A DNA stretch of 64,000 bases from the human T2T-CHM13v2.0 reference genome, Homo sapiens (GCF_009914755.1 NC_060945.1); one strand, 5' to 3'. Positions 1 through 14,964 are shown, counted from the first letter of the stretch. The notes: generated by a model not told the origin, from the letters alone. Translations and numbers: made by a program.

Positions 1-214
1 ACAAATCAGAATACATTGGTTCTGCAATAGCAAAGGAACAAAGAGTGACTGGCAATCTTCGTGTTTCACAAACTATTAGAACATGTGTTCATTCTTCATA
101 GAACTTATAACATAATTAATGTATGAGAGTCCATTATTTTGTAATGTAAAGTATGAGAGTGTCTACACACATTTTTGGTTTTTTTTCTGGGGACTATTAT
201 TAAAATAAAAAATA

Positions 215-435
215 CTTTCATCTTTAGATGCAGCATTGACACCTAAGAATCTATACAAAAGAAATAAAAGTGAAGTCATGTAAAGGTATATGTACAAGGA
301 TGTTAATTTCAGCATTTTTTTAAGTAGCAAAAATTAGAAACAGAGATCTTGTCATCAGTTTTAAAAAATAGACAAAGCATGGTGTATACACCAGGAAAAT
401 ACATGCCATAAAAATTACACAGCCATTAAAAATAT
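215..435 (+). mobile_element. Old L1 (L1ME-like) fragment, end of ORF2/3' region
   Basis: Degenerate match to L1M motifs (tatgtacaaggatgtt..cagcattt..tagcaaaaattagaaaca; acagccattaaaaat). Confidence 0.5.
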
Positions 436-479
436 TAATTTCCATTATTCCAGTTTAACTAGAAGAGTTCTCTAAGTCG

Positions 480-816
480 TTTTTTTGTTTTGTTTTGTTT
501 TGTTTTGTTTTGTTTTGTTTTGTTTTGTTTGAGATGGAGTCTCCCTCTGTCGCCCAGGCTGGAGTGCAGTGGCGCGATCTCGGCTCACTGCAAGCTCCGC
601 CTCCCGGATTCACGCCATTCTCCTGACTCAGCCTCCTAAATAACTGGGACTACAGGTGGCCGTCACCTTGCCCCGGTTAATTTTGTTTTTATATTTTTAG
701 TAGAGACGGGGTTTCACCGTGTTAGCCAGGATGGTCCCGATCTCCTGACCTCGTGATCTGCCCGCCTCGGTCTCCCAAGGGGCTGGGATTACAGGCGTGA
801 GCCACCGCGCCCGGCC
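480..816 (-). mobile_element. AluY, full length, tail converted to (GTTTT)n
   Basis: AluY diagnostics (gcaagctccgcc, ttcacgccattc, gttagccaggatgg); TSD ctctaagtc at 470-478 and 818-826. Confidence 0.95.
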
Positions 817-908
817 CCTCTAAGTCATTTTTAAGTTAAAAAAGTAAGGTATATCAAAAGTTGTGTATCATTTTAAAAATTTTTTTAAAAGGAAGGATGC
901 TTACTATG

Positions 909-1359
909 TGCGATGGTTAATTTTGCATGTCAGCTTGACTGAGTCACAGGGTTCCCAGACATTTGGCCAAAATTTATTGTGAGTATTTCTGTGAGGATGT
1001 TTCTGGATAAAAATAGCATTTGAATTGATAGGCTGAGAAAAACAGCTTGCCCTCCCTAATGTGGTTGGACCTCATCTAGTCTGTTGACGGCCTCAATGGA
1101 ACAAAAATGCTGACCATCCCATCAGCAGAAAGGAACTGCACAGACTGCCTTGAGCTGGGATCTTGGTTCTTTCCTGCCTTTAGACTTGAACTGAAATTCT
1201 GGCTTTTTCTGGGTCTTGAGCCTGCCAGCACTGGAACATTAACTACGCCACGGGCTCTTCTGGGTCTCCAGTTTGCCAACTTCTCTTTGTGGGCCTTGTC
1301 TGTCTTTGTATATGTACATCTTATTGGTTCTGTTTCTGTGGAGAACCCTGACCAATACA
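909..1359 (+). mobile_element. MLT2-family (HERV-L) solo LTR
   Basis: Starts tgcgatggttaattt (consensus TGTGATGGTTAAT), ends ggttctgtttctgtggagaaccctgaccaataca. Confidence 0.85.
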
Positions 1360-3435
1360 AAGTTGATGTAATCACTCAAGGCATTGAATTCACACAAATT
1401 AGAGATTTTAACCAAAATTAAGTCTCTATAATTCCAAGTATGTAAGTTATCACAAGGAACAGGGAAGCCTCAGGAAAAGGAACACAGCTCTCCAGGTGCT
1501 TCCTTATGATGTTGAGTATATTTTATGGCCAAAATTAAAATATGTGTCTTCCATGTAATAACTGTGGCCACATAAATTAAACACACACACACACACACAT
1601 GCTAAATATTTCAGTCAAGGAACATCTCCATTTTGCTCAGATGGTAACAAAGCTTACATGACATTTTCCCAGAAGCCATGCCTAGTCAATGTCACCAACT
1701 TGTTTGACAGGAAGTGTGCCATTACCATGCTTACAAGCAGCATAGATCAGGTTGACCATCTGTCTTCTTTCTTGTAGAGGTGAATGCCCTCCCATCATTG
1801 AGGACAGGTGGCTGAGCTGCTGCTTTCATCATTTATTTCCAAGTACTGATATGCATGATCCCATAGGTAGCTGAAGTAGGGGCAAGCAAAATAAATAAGT
1901 AAATAAATAATAAAGCTTTATGAAAAAGAAAAACAGGTTATAGGATAAAGCTTCATTTGTGCAAAATATTTATATAATGAACTATATGTGCATTTTTATA
2001 TTTTAAAAATGCATACTATAGATGCATTTTTAAATGTTTCACCCATTACACTTGTTACAGAGCTTTGCATATTATAGGTATTCTGTATGTATGTATGGAA
2101 AGAGTGCTTAAATCTACTGTTAAAATAATACATGAAACAATCAAAAACCGTATGTCATATATAATAATATAACATTATTTCAAAATTAAATGTTGCCCCA
2201 AAACCCCATGAAAGTAATTCTTTTGGACAAATTTTGCTGGAATAGGTTAGACTGAGTAGAAAACATTTCACAAAAATATTACGGGGTTCTTATTTACCCA
2301 TGAACATTGATGGAGGGCTGAAAGAGAACAAAAAATATCAATGCCCATTTCATAAATTGCTGGAGAAATTTGCTATGAATATTGAAATCATGAGTTTTAT
2401 TATTCTTCTACTTCTCCTAATGCACATGCATATCCCATCTTTGGCTCACATTGTGAATATTCACTATTCTCAACTGATTTTTCTCAAAGAGTAAAAATCT
2501 AAAGGTGATATTTTTGGTTAAGGGTGTTATGAGAAAATCGAAATACTTCTTATATGATCAGATAAAATAAGAGGAAATCATGCAAATATAAAGTTTAATA
2601 ACATTTAGTAAAGCAATGTTCCTCTAAAGTTTAACTCTAAAGCTTAGAGTGTAGGAAGGAAAAATAATTTTCAAAATTTGCAAGAAAAATGGGTGCAACA
2701 ATATGGAAGTTTGTCTCTTTCTTCCCCCTTCTCCTCCTCCTCCTTCTCTTTCTCTTATTTTTCTCCTGCTTATTATGCTGTTCCTCCTCTGTCCCCTAGC
2801 ATTCTTGATTATCTACTGTTATGCGAAAAATATCCTATCAGATTTGATGAATAAATAACAGTAACATCTCTAATTTATGTATTTTTTACACTGTAAGAAA
2901 ATTGGCTGGCAGATTTTTATTTTAGATATCTTATTTTTGAGCATCTATAATATGGCACACAATGAATGTGCCTAATTAAGTGAACCAAAATGTTATTAAG
3001 AAGATGTAGTGAGTTTTTAATGACACTATTTCATGAAATATACTTCCTGTACACTACATCTCATTGAAATGTAAGAAAATTGTTCAATGAGTATATCATT
3101 CTACCTAGAACTTTTTTTTTTTGAGCTGGATTTAATGTGGTTAGGAATTTATTGCTTGTAAAACATATTTGTAATTCCTGGAATTAGTTCATTAATGTAT
3201 ACAGGTAATTCTCAAAAACAGAAAACAATTTGAATATCTATTAGGAAATATTATGGAGGAAACTGTATTTTAAAACCAGAGAGTAGAAAATTTAAGAGTG
3301 AATTAGATAGAATATATTGTTCTCTCACAGTATGTTTTTATATTATCAATTTTATTCCATTCATACCATTCTCTGTTCATAGACTGCAGTGTCCTCTGTC
3401 TGCTTCACACCCTACAGGACATACAAACATACTTC

Positions 3436-3737
3436 TTTTTTTTTTTTTTTTTTTTTTTGAGACAGAGTCTCCGTCTGTTGCGCGGGCTGGAGTGCAGTGG
3501 TACAATCTCGGCTCACTGCAACCTCCGCCTCCCAGGTTCAAGCAATTCTGTTGCCTCAGCCTCCCCAGTAGCTAGGATTACAGGCACCTGCCACCGCTCC
3601 CAGCTAATTTTTGTATTTTTAGTGGAGACAGGGTTTCACCATGTTGGCCGGGATGGTCCCGATCTCTTGACCTCGTGATCCGTCTGCCTCGGCCTCTCAA
3701 AGTGCTGGGATTACAGGTGTGAGCCACCGCTCCCAGG
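3436..3737 (-). mobile_element. Alu (AluSc-like), full length
   Basis: Poly-T then dimeric Alu; gatctcttgacctcgtgatcc diagnostic. Confidence 0.93.
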
Positions 3738-3975
3738 CATACACTTTTGCATTAACATTCTACTTATCTACAGCATTAAGAAATGTCAGAGAGGATTCTT
3801 CCCTGAAGTATGTACCTTTTATTACATCATTACTTTTTAAAAACAGCATTTTAAGATTATTCAATCATTGGTATGCATTCCCATCACATTTATTTCTAGT
3901 TGTTTTGTTGCAAATTAGTATTGCACTAATATGCTTTCAATATCCCATAAAGTTTCTGCAGGGATCTCTTATGTA

Positions 3976-4431
3976 CAGTAGTCCCTCCTTATTTGCAGTT
4001 TCATTTTCTGCAGATTTAGTTACCTGCAATCAAGTCCAAAAGTATTAAATGGAAAATTCTGGAAATAAGCAATTCATAGTTTTAAATTTCATGCGGTTCT
4101 GAGTAGTGGGATGAAATCTCACACCATCTATTTGGTTCTCCTCCATCACAAGAAGAAGAGTGAGTATAGTACAGTAAGATATGTTGAGAGAGAGAGAGAT
4201 CATATTCATGATCTCTTTTATTACAGAATGTTGTTATAATTGTTCTATTTTATTATTAGTTCTTACAGTTAATCTCTTCATGTGCCTAATTTATGAATTA
4301 AATTTTATCATAAGTATGTTAGTATAGAAAAAAATATAATACAGTTTATATAGGGTTCAGGACTATCTGAGGTAACAGGCATCTCCTGGAGGTCTTGGAA
4401 TGCATCCACCAAAGATAATGGGGGACTACTG
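3976..4431. mobile_element. MER44 (Tigger7-derived, TcMar-Tigger) non-autonomous DNA transposon
   Basis: TIRs cagtagtccctccttat ... ataatgggggactactg flanked by TA on both sides. Confidence 0.85.
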
Positions 4432-5319
4432 TAATAGCCGTATTACCTTTTTTACAAGTGTTTTCTTACAGAGGTTGAAAATTTTTTTCAATGGCATTAA
4501 AATGTAGTATTTAATCTGCTTGAATTTCACAGATTTTTTTCAGATTTTGAGTAACTCATATTTCTATCGTATTAGAACATTAATATACGAGATGATCCCC
4601 GTTTTTAGTTCTTCACACACTCCCACCCAATCTGGCATAATTATTCACAGCTTCTTTTATCTTAGGAAGAGAAAGCACAACCTAGTTTCACGCATTCCTC
4701 ATTTTCTCCATAGAATATTTCATAATACTTGTTGAAAAAACATCATGTACTCTAAATTTCACCTAAGGATTCAAAATTATTTGGCCTTACTTAAAAGATA
4801 TTTAAGTATGCATTAAAGAAAAATAACTGCCGTGTTATAATAATACTTTCTGTGTTATTTTTGAAGCTTGGGAAATACACCTTTCTGAAAATTGAATTAT
4901 TTAATAATTTTCTTCTATTAAATTTTTAAAAAGTAACTGATAAAATGCAGCTGGGTGAGTTTTTTTATTAAAAGCCTTACAAACGATTGTTCAGATGTTA
5001 GTGATAGTTAAAACTGAATCAACTTTCAAATCAACAGAAAAATTACCTTAATAGATTATATACATAAAAATATAAACTGTTTCATAAGCCACCTGTCAAT
5101 CAATGATCACAGAAATGTTACTCACCAAAACAACCAAAATATTGGATACTTCCAAAGGCATTGGTAGTTCAGTGATAGAATTCTTGCCTAAATATTGGAA
5201 ACAGTTTTATTATCTGTTTTTATAATATTTTAGTCTGTTATTTTTCAACATTAAGAAATATAAAACTGAAGAAAGATTGCGTATCAACACAAAAGTCAGC
5301 ATGTCTTTTACATGAAAAC

Positions 5320-5478
5320 TTTTTTTAAAAAATAAACATTTTGTTTCAGGCTTACATATGCAGGTTTGCTATATGGGTAAATGACCTGTGGCAAGGGTTT
5401 TGGTGTACAGTTAATAAGCATGGTACCTGACTGGTAGTTTTTTGGTCCTCAGCCTCCTCCCACCCGTCACCCTTAAGT
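5320..5478 (-). mobile_element. Older L1PA (PA13-16-like) 3' end fragment
   Basis: tacatatgcaggtttgctatatgggtaaa...ataagcatggtacctgactggtagtttt...cctcctcccacc. Confidence 0.7.
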
Positions 5479-6239
5479 TATAATTTCTGAAAATTCTTTA
5501 GGTTTGCAAATCATTGATGTAGGAAAAATATTCTCCAAAAATTCCCTGATTCCATAAATCATTGTTCTTGAAGCCAAAAAAAGTAAACTGATCAAACCAC
5601 AGTTTTATATGATTGGAAAAATGTTCACTTGAACATTGACAAAATAAAGATTACCTAAGAGATTATATACTTTTAAAACTAAAAATATCACTTTAACCTT
5701 TCTCTTATTATTTATTTACACAACGTTATGAATCAAGATTCAGAGAATTAGTATTAGAAATCCATCCTCAGGATGTGCACGCCAGAACTGGTGAATCTGG
5801 GCTCTATTAAAACATATTACATTATTCAAGATGAACAGTCATGAATCACATGAATCATAAACTTAAATTTTTTAAAAGTTAGAAAAGAAAAAAATAATAA
5901 AGTACACATTTTGCCTATTTCTAATGTCTTTCCTTTATAGTTGTAAAGGGATATAAACTGTATGTTAGTTCATACATAGCCTATACGAACAAATAAAATA
6001 CTTCCAAAAATACATTGCATAGCTTAGTGTCTCCTGTGGCTATAATAATTCTTTATTTTGAAAAGAAAAAAACTTTTAACCTCTATAATGGAGTTTAATG
6101 GTTCAATGATTGAACCGCTGAAAGAGGCTGCTGAACTTGAAGCTATTATACTTGGTATTTCTGTGCTTTGTTTAGTGATGCTGGGACTGCATCTCAGCAA
6201 GACACATCTCTTTTTGTTTTACTCACCTTTCAATAGATT

Positions 6240-6669
6240 CTGTTAATAAGAAGACCCACAAGGAGATTGGAAGGCAGGAAGGTAGAGAAAGGACTGAATC
6301 TGTTTCATTTGTAAGCTGTTCCCAACAGCTTCTCCCCAGAAATTAACGTAAAAACCGGCAGTAGCTTCTTTCAGCTCACCCAAGGCTAGTCTCATGCATT
6401 CTCCCGCGAGGGGTGCCCGCAAGAGCCTGGTAACATCCTGTCCTGAAGGTCTTAGCCCCATTTCATGGGATCCCTTCTCCAATTTTCTAGGTTTCCAGAA
6501 CCCCAACTTCCTCCTGTTGCTCCTCTAGCCTGACATCTTTCTTTGTTACCTGAATGATTCTCTTTTGCTTTGTTAGCTTTCCAGCACCCATATAACAAAT
6601 TACACTAACTTACTTCTGTGAAAATACCTCATCTGGTTTCTGTTTTCTTGACTACATCTTTACCAAACA
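6240..6669 (+). mobile_element. ERVL LTR (LTR33-like)
   Basis: 3' end tctgtgaaaatacctcatctggtttctgttttcttgact resembles LTR33 terminus; 5' boundary approximate. Confidence 0.55.
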
Positions 6670-7071
6670 AACTATTCTTCTTTTCCTCCTTATTACACAT
6701 TTTCTCCTTTCCTCTCTGTCTTCCTGCCCTCCAGTGAGGCGTTAGGATCCTTCCCAACACATACTTGCACTCAAGTCATTATTCCAAACATTGCTCCTAG
6801 GAACACAAACTAAGAAATATCGTAAAAATATTCATGCAGACTGGTTCAAGTTTTGCTGCTTTCAAGATACAAAGGTAGTGCCTGGATATTTTGCAGCAGC
6901 AGCTATTTTGATTTTGATATTATGGGACATCTGAAGGGTAGTCAAAATTTTGTTTAACACATACTTGACTGAGTTTTAATCAGGTGTCTGGCACTGCTCA
7001 AAGTGTAGAAGGAACATAGGTAAAAGACAATCTGTTTTCAAAAGCCTAAGAAGGAAAAGAGGATGGACTAT

Positions 7072-7406
7072 ATATATATATATATAAAATTTTTGTTTTG
7101 TTGTGTTTTGTTTTGTTTTGTTTTGTTTTGTTTGAGACAGAGTCTCGCTCCATCGCCCAGGCTGAAGTGTGATCTCGGCTGACTGCAAGCTCTGCCTCCT
7201 GGGTTCATGCCATTCTCCTGCCTCAACCTCCCGAATAGCTGGGACTACAAGCGCCTGCCACCAGGCCCAGCTAATTTTTTGTATTTTTTAGTAGAGACGG
7301 GGTTTCACCGTGTTAGCCAGGATGGTCTCCATCTCCTGACCTCGTGATCCACCGCCTCGGCCTCCCAAAATGCTGGGATTACAGGCGTGAGCCACTGCGC
7401 CAGGCT
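7072..7406 (-). mobile_element. AluY with small internal deletion; tail is (TA)n+(GTTTT)n
   Basis: AluY diagnostics; 12-bp TSD aggatggactat at 7060-7071 and 7407-7418. Confidence 0.93.
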
Positions 7407-9526
7407 AGGATGGACTATTTTTTAGCAGAAATTCTGGGAATCATGGCAGTGTGAGAAAATCGTGTTGTAAATTAATTATTATTTAAGTGATTATTAACAT
7501 AGGTGGAAATAATTCAAATAAAACATTTCTACTTATAGCTAATATGTTTCAGAACACAATGACGCTGAGGTTCAGGGGAATGATACGCTCATAGTTGTAA
7601 ATACTGCTTATTCACACTATTGAGGGCTACAATAATATTTAATTAATTTAATGTAATTTTAAGTAAATGTCGATTAAAATGTAAATTTTCGTTTTTAATG
7701 TTATTGTAGCCTCAATAGTGTGGATTTTTATGATGCTAGTTAATTTTTTAGATTAGAAAACGGGATTGAATTCTTAGAATATTTGTTTAATGATATATTT
7801 TTATTTGAGACATACTTAAGTCTAGATCCAGGTTTTCTCACTTCAAATACATTTTCTCTCAAACATAATTATTATCTTAAGGAAGATGTCTTACTGAGGC
7901 TCGTTTCTATCACATTATGCGGTTGACAGCTCTCCATGGGTCCTTCAGATGACCACATACAACAGCATATGACAGACACACTTCCGGCCACCAGCTTAAC
8001 TTTTATTATATCCTTAGGTTGTTCATGCCTATTTCTGAATAGCTTGCCTTACTGCCCTTTTGGAATCTCTAAAACACAGACACTTTGCCCTCACTTGTTC
8101 CATCTTCTACTACTTTCTGGCCCTTTGATATTGTAAGCACTTCGAATCATGTTACAAACTTTCATTTTCTTAAATTTCACTTCAAATTTCCATTGCGTTT
8201 TCACAGCCTCAGGTTACTTTAGATTTTTTCCTCTTTTGTCCTGATTTGAAAAATCCACAGGAGTCCCTTCATCTGGTTTTTTCATTCTTGTGTACTATAG
8301 ATTCTCCTCCTTCCTGGTTTACCCTGATCTTTTGGACAAAACTCAGATGTAATATTTTACTTATTTGAGAAATAAAAAGCTTGAAATGTTATTTCCAGTC
8401 GTTCTCAATGCAACATATTGCTCTTATATGTTTGGATTTAATACATTTAAATGTATTTATCTCTAGCGATTTTTTACCTATAACATAAACACTAATTTTA
8501 GCAATAAACCACTAATTCTGAGTCAAGTTATTACTGATAATAATACTTTAAAACATTCAATTAGTTTTGAAAAGTATATATCAATATCATTGAAATAAAC
8601 TTCATCTAACTTTTCGAGGGTATAATCGTTGGCAGGTAGAATTTATTTTTTAGCTTTGTAGTGAAAGTACACATTTATATACTACAATGTCATCATCTTT
8701 TTTGGAGATAAGGATTGCAGCGTTTTTAGAAATACAGCACATGGACTAATTGTTGGCAGCATTCCTTCTTGGACTAATATCTTACTCTCATCAGAGCAAG
8801 ATTGAGAAAGCTTAGGTCATCCTTTATTTCCCAAAGGTCACTATTTCCAACTGTGGATGCATTTTTAAGACTAACACGACTAAGAAAGAATTTCACAGGC
8901 ATGGCACACTTCCATAAGTGTTCTTTCTACACTCCCACAAAAATTATTTCTCTATCCACTTAGTAGAATGTGACCCATCGATGACTTTTATAATGTTGTT
9001 GTCCTCTTCTGTGTGCATACTATGCGAGAGTTGGCTGTACCTCTAATTTTTGTTTTCATCCCAGAATTATTTTCCAAAGTACCCTAATAAGTTTATCATC
9101 TGAATATTTAAAATAATACACTTAAATTTTTCTTTCATCCATACATTTGTTTATCCAACAGATATTTATTCAACTCCTACCATTTACCATGCATTGCAAA
9201 TATTTGTAAGTTGGTTGTTAGGCACTTTTTTGTCTTTTTATGGGAAACTATGGAATAGTAATTGAGTAAGAAGATGGAAAATAAGAAGGGAGAAAAATTA
9301 GAAATGAATTAGTCTAATCCTTTCTATATTTGTTGTTGTTGTTGTAACATTGTATTACTAAAGCCCATGTTAAGTAACTTGTTCAAAGTCACTGTAGGGA
9401 TTTACCAGAAAAATAGCAAAGGGGACTCCACATCTCCTAATTCTTCATCCAATGTATTTTCCAACAATCCAGCACTTTCTAAACTCATAGTTGGATTAAG
9501 TCAATATCAATACCATTATTTTAAAA

Positions 9527-10150
9527 ATTCATTCATTCATACAACAAATATTTAGTGAATGCCTACTGTGTGACAACAACTGATTTGTTAACATGGCATA
9601 CAGACAAAATAACATTATCATTGCAACTATTAAATACATGAATTATAGTGTGTGCCAAATGGTTTTATGTACCATGGAAAAAGAAAGGCAACAGATTAAG
9701 GGGGATTGGCATGCAGGGAATGAGTTTGGGGACTACTGAAATTTGAAAAATGTAGTCCATGAATTTCATCTAAGAGGTATCATTTCAGTGAAGAATTAAA
9801 GGAGATAAAAAGTTGAGTAAGTGGACATTCGGGGGAACAACAACTCAGTACAGGAAAAAGGCAGTGCAAAGTCTTCGAAGTGTGCCAGAGGAACAGACAC
9901 ACGGAAGCCAATGTAGCTGGAGCTGAAAGAGTGAGTCATGGAAGACAAGGTTGAAGAAGGAGTGGGTAACCCGGAAGCCTTTGGGTCATCGGAAGGGATT
10001 TGTGTTTTACCTGGATAGAACTGAGAACTACCTCAAGGTTTTAAGCCAAGGATTGACATGACTTACATCACCTTATTTACTGACAAGACATTCTAAAGGC
10101 ACAACGGTGAAAGAAGGTCAACCCATCTGGTGGTCTGTCCAGTAAACCAA
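9527..10150 (-). mobile_element. L2 3' region
   Basis: attcattcattcatacaacaaatatttagtgaatgcctactgtgtg followed by typical antisense L2 motifs (ggaagccaatgtagctggagc, aaggttttaagc). Confidence 0.75.
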
Positions 10151-10529
10151 GCTCACTTCAGGGCAGTCAGATTAGGTTGCTACATCTTATGGGGAGTATG
10201 GAGGCAAGAAAATAGTTTCTTTCAGCAAAATTATAGCATAAGAACTCATTTCTGTCACTACAAAGGCAAAGACCCTAGTGGCATCCCAGGTTTCAAATAT
10301 GAAAAATGAGACTTTCCAAAAAGCGAAATAGTGAGCAAAATGACATCCAGGTAGATGTGACTTTCAGGGGGGACAGTACTAGATATAGGTCTAAGGTCAG
10401 AATGGTTCTTCGTAGCTCTGGTCTTGCAACAAATTGCTCAGAAAGGGGAGCTATATGAAAAACTTCAGACTCCTTTTATTTACTTACTTAAGAATACTGT
10501 CCCTAAATTCATACACACACACACACATA

Positions 10530-10865
10530 TACATATATATATATGTCTTTCTGAAGCCCATGAACCCAGATGTATTTTAGAATGTAGAAATTTGGAAATA
10601 CTTTCAGAAGCAATATGCGTATCTACTGTGTATTACATACAAATTCTAGTGAAGTCTGCAATCAAGCACAGCTTTATGTTCACAGCAAATCCTATGAATA
10701 TTCACACTAAGTGGGTAAGAAAAACTATAAATAATCTCAAATCTATTTATTCGCTAAGGGAATACAGAGCAGGTCAAATTTTACTGCCCATCGAGGAATA
10801 AAAACATTCAATTTTTTAGAGGGTTTTGGATTTTGTAATCACACGTAAGTGATTAAGCCCTTGTA
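10530..10865. mobile_element. Ancient TcMar-Tigger DNA transposon relic
   Basis: End ttttggattttgtaatcacacgtaagtgattaagcccttgta resembles Tigger termini; subfamily uncertain. Confidence 0.45.
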
Positions 10866-12068
10866 TTTTATAAGATATTTTATCTCAGTTGCTGCAAATG
10901 TATAGTCACTTTAACCTAGCACTAGCTTAATTAAAGAATACAAATGTACATTGTAGGTTAAGCCTTAAGTTCATGCTCAATGTTATGCACGGTCTTGACA
11001 TCTGGTGAATGCAGGCTGCCTAAAGAATTAGAAAGCAATTTAGAACTTCTTCGAATAGAAATACTGTGAGAAGACTGAGATTTAGTTTGACAAGTCTATA
11101 ATGAGACTATCTGTATAGAAAAGCTTAAGCTCTTTGATTTTTATCTGACCTGTGTTCGAATATTGGCTGAGTTGAAAAAAAGATATTGACTATCTTTAAT
11201 TTGCATCTGATCACCAGTTGAATAATGAAATATACATAAAATACATAGGCTATGCTCAATTGAAACTCGTTCAAAATGTGGTAGTTTGTTAAAGGATGTG
11301 TTTCTGGCAGAATGAGAAACATAAAACACATACAGACATGTTAGTATATTTTTTTAATGATGTCCAGAGAATGATTCACAATGTATTTTGTGTTGCCATA
11401 ATTTTATAATACTGGAGATACTTGCTTTCTATCATTTTAAAAATATATTATTCTAAAGCCTCTGAAACAGAGAAACTTCAGTCGCTTCCACAAAAGTATA
11501 ACTCACTTGACATTAGATTTATTGAGGAAAAGAAGCTATTATACATGTTTAATATTTTATGTTCTGGGCTACTTTGCTATTAAATTTAAATATTTGGAAG
11601 GTAGATTCATAAAATATGGGTGTGATAAAATACTTATTCTATGAACACTTTCTACCAGTTTATTTTGGTAAACGTTGAGTTACTCCAATTATTTTTACTT
11701 TTCAAATAGAGCATTTTTATTAACATTGTAAGCAGTGAAAACATTCATCTGGAATTTCTTTTTCTTTACCTATTCTTATAGGAAATACAGAAAAAGATGA
11801 CTTTTTCTTATACTACTGGAACTATTATGATTTTTTTCCTTCTGCTACATAAATTTAAGGTATTTTTCAAAGCCCATCCTTTTCAGCAAGAAAGCATTCT
11901 CAAATTTAGTAATGTTTAAAATCTTCCTAATATTCCTTAAGTCCTTGGGAAGAAAAGACAATGAAAAACATTATCAAAGATAAATATTAGCATACATTTA
12001 AAAATCTATCTTCACCTGCATTTGTCTCAATTGTATTGATGTTATAACATTTTTTAAGACACTGTCCT

Positions 12069-12595
12069 ATTTATTGAAGCACTGCTCATAATAGCCAAAA
12101 TGTGAAATCAACCCAAGCATCCATCAATGGATGATTAGATTTAAAAATGTGATGTATATACACGATGGCAAAACATGAATGAACTTAGAGAACATTAAGT
12201 GGGATAAGCAGGGAACAAAAGGACAAATGCTGTATGATCTCACTCATATGTAGAATTTTTAAAAATTGATCTTGTAGAAGTAAGGAGTAGAATAGTGGTT
12301 ATCAGATTCTGGAGAGAGTAAGGCGAGAGATTGTTCTCTTAGTACAAAGGTACTGTTGGATAGGAGGAGTAAGTTCTAGTGTTCTATTGCACAATAGGGT
12401 GACTATAGTTAACAATCATATATTGTATATTTCAAAAGAGCTAAAAGAGAGGATTCTGAATGTTCTCACCACAAAGAAACAAGTGTTTGAGGTGATAGAT
12501 ATCCTAATTACCCTGATTTGATCATTATACAATGTATACATATATGTAAAATATCACAATGTACCATAAATGAGTAGGATTATTCATCAATTAAA
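12069..12595 (+). mobile_element. L1MA (MA5-8-like) 3' end
   Basis: gataggaggagtaagttctagtgttctattgcac...taattaccctgatttgatcattatacaatgtataca. Confidence 0.88.
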
Positions 12596-14964
12596 GACAT
12601 TGACACTTTAAAAAATATATATTTTTGGTTCTCAAACAGATGTGAGGGTTATGTCTAATATCTTTAAACACATCTTGGCTTTAAACATGTTTACCAGCTA
12701 TGGCTTATTTATTCCCAGATTTTTCAAGTTTCTTCCTTTTTCATCTAACCTTTTGCCCTCTCTACTGACATTGGTCTTTGAAAAGTTTGTATAAGAATAC
12801 CAAAAGCATTTTTATATGAGTTCTGCCAACTTCATTTTGTAGTCTAGAAGTTATGTATCACGTATTTAAAAGTGCTTGAAAATAGCTGATGCATCTCTTT
12901 TTTCAAGATGATGCTAAAAGTCTCATCTAATTTAATGGTTGGAACAGTTCTTTACAAGTTATGTTGTAAAAATATTCATTAACATTGATGGAGAGTACTA
13001 CTCAAACAGCAAAAATGTGTCTGTAAAAGCTTATTAAAATTCAGAGGCTCAAATAATGTAAGAATTCAAAATCTTTAGTAAAATTCAACTGCAGAGTTTC
13101 TATCAGATGCACATTTCAAAATGGAATTTGTTACAAATATGGTTCGTTTCTGAGTAACAATTAGTTTGTCGTGGTTTTAAATATAAAAGGTTTTCACATT
13201 AAAATTGACATTTGCAAAATGGTCGTTAATTTGCATAGGTTATAAAGCTAATGTGAAATTCAGATGGTCTTACTTAGTTCATAAGGGTAACCTAGCATGT
13301 TATTTAAAATTATTTTTCACTAAGATATTTTACTTGGGCTATAAAAATAATATTTCACACTTTATATAACTCTAATAAATTTGTGATAAACTGTGAAGTC
13401 TCCATATAATTCTTCCCGCCAAAATGCATTTTTCAAATTTTGAGATATCTTTTTAAGTACATATTATGCATTCTATTCTTAAGAAAATTACTTTTAATTA
13501 TGTTTTTATATTTGCACATCTACTTCTCATGTACTGAATACATATAAATATATATGTGCTTTATTACTGCTGGGGAAAATTATACTTTATTGCTATGTAT
13601 TAAAAATCTTGTAATGAATTAAAATTTGTTCTTTTTATAAAGTACTTTTATGTATTTGGAGCAGAAAACTAACTTATTGCCTAAGTTTTTTTCTGCCATA
13701 TTGAAGCAAATTTTCTTTTTAATATATAGATAAGGAAAACAGGTCCAGAGAAGCTAACATTCATAGCAGAAAACCGTAAAATTATCCAATATTGCTAAAT
13801 AATTAAGAATTAAACTAGAATGCTGTATTGTACGGGAGGTTACGTTTTTTAAATAATTGTAGTCAAACACTCTGACTGTAGTTATAATACTGGTAAGCCC
13901 AATGTTTCCAATAATAATTTGATAATGAAAAGCATTTCTCTCCCATTTCAGCAGAAAATTATGAAGAATGTCTTTGCAATATTGAATCAGATATCATTTT
14001 ATGACAGAAAGTCTTACTCTTCAGAAAATAAATTATTCCTTAGTAAACACAGAAGATAAAATTATGGCTTGGAATACAAAAGAAATCACTATCAACAAAT
14101 TTGTATTTTGGAGGAAGTAAAATCATTATTTATTCTGTTAGCACATTTTCATTTCTCATTTATTTTAACCTTTCAGTGCCTTTTTTCAAGGAAACTTAAC
14201 GTGGTTTGTTAAGTTTTTTCATTTAAACCTCTTTAACTGAAAGTAACTAAAGAAATTAATCAAGGAAATGACATTATGGTGAATTTGTGTTTTCCAAAGT
14301 TTTCAGTTCATTGTATAATTTTATGTAAACATAAATTAATGCATATTTATAAAATCCTGCATTAATAAAATTTATCTTTGAACCCAAAAGTTAGTAGGTT
14401 ATTAAAGAAAAGTAAGATATCTTGTTAGTTCTCCTAAAGCTAACACTAGTTTCTCTCAACTAAGTCCATAGAGTATGAGGTAATATTAAGAATGGAAAAA
14501 AATACCACTGAGAACGCCGGCATGAGATTTCCTTAATGTGCCCCCCAAATGACATTCTTTGGTACTACTTTTATGCTATTTTGTTTCTGAAAACGTGCAA
14601 TTCTTATAGTATTACATGAATTTTTAAAAATTCTGATCTGTTTAATATCAGCTAAAAACGATGTCTCATAATGAAAACACACACACAAAGAACTGTGTCT
14701 ATCTTAGATTTAAAAAAAAAACAACTAAACAAAAACAACAATAATGATGACAATCAATCTCCCTCTCTATTCCTCTAAGAGGTGAATAACAAATGGGGAA
14801 TGTATTTGAAAGCCACACTCCCTCACAAACAGACAATATCCTCATAACTTATTCTCTGACTTTATTCTTCATGATTCTCATGTCTACACGTGGTCTCTCA
14901 TCCTATTGCCCAGATATTTTAAAACTTTACCATTTTTAGTGCAGTCATTTGAAATAATAAATGT

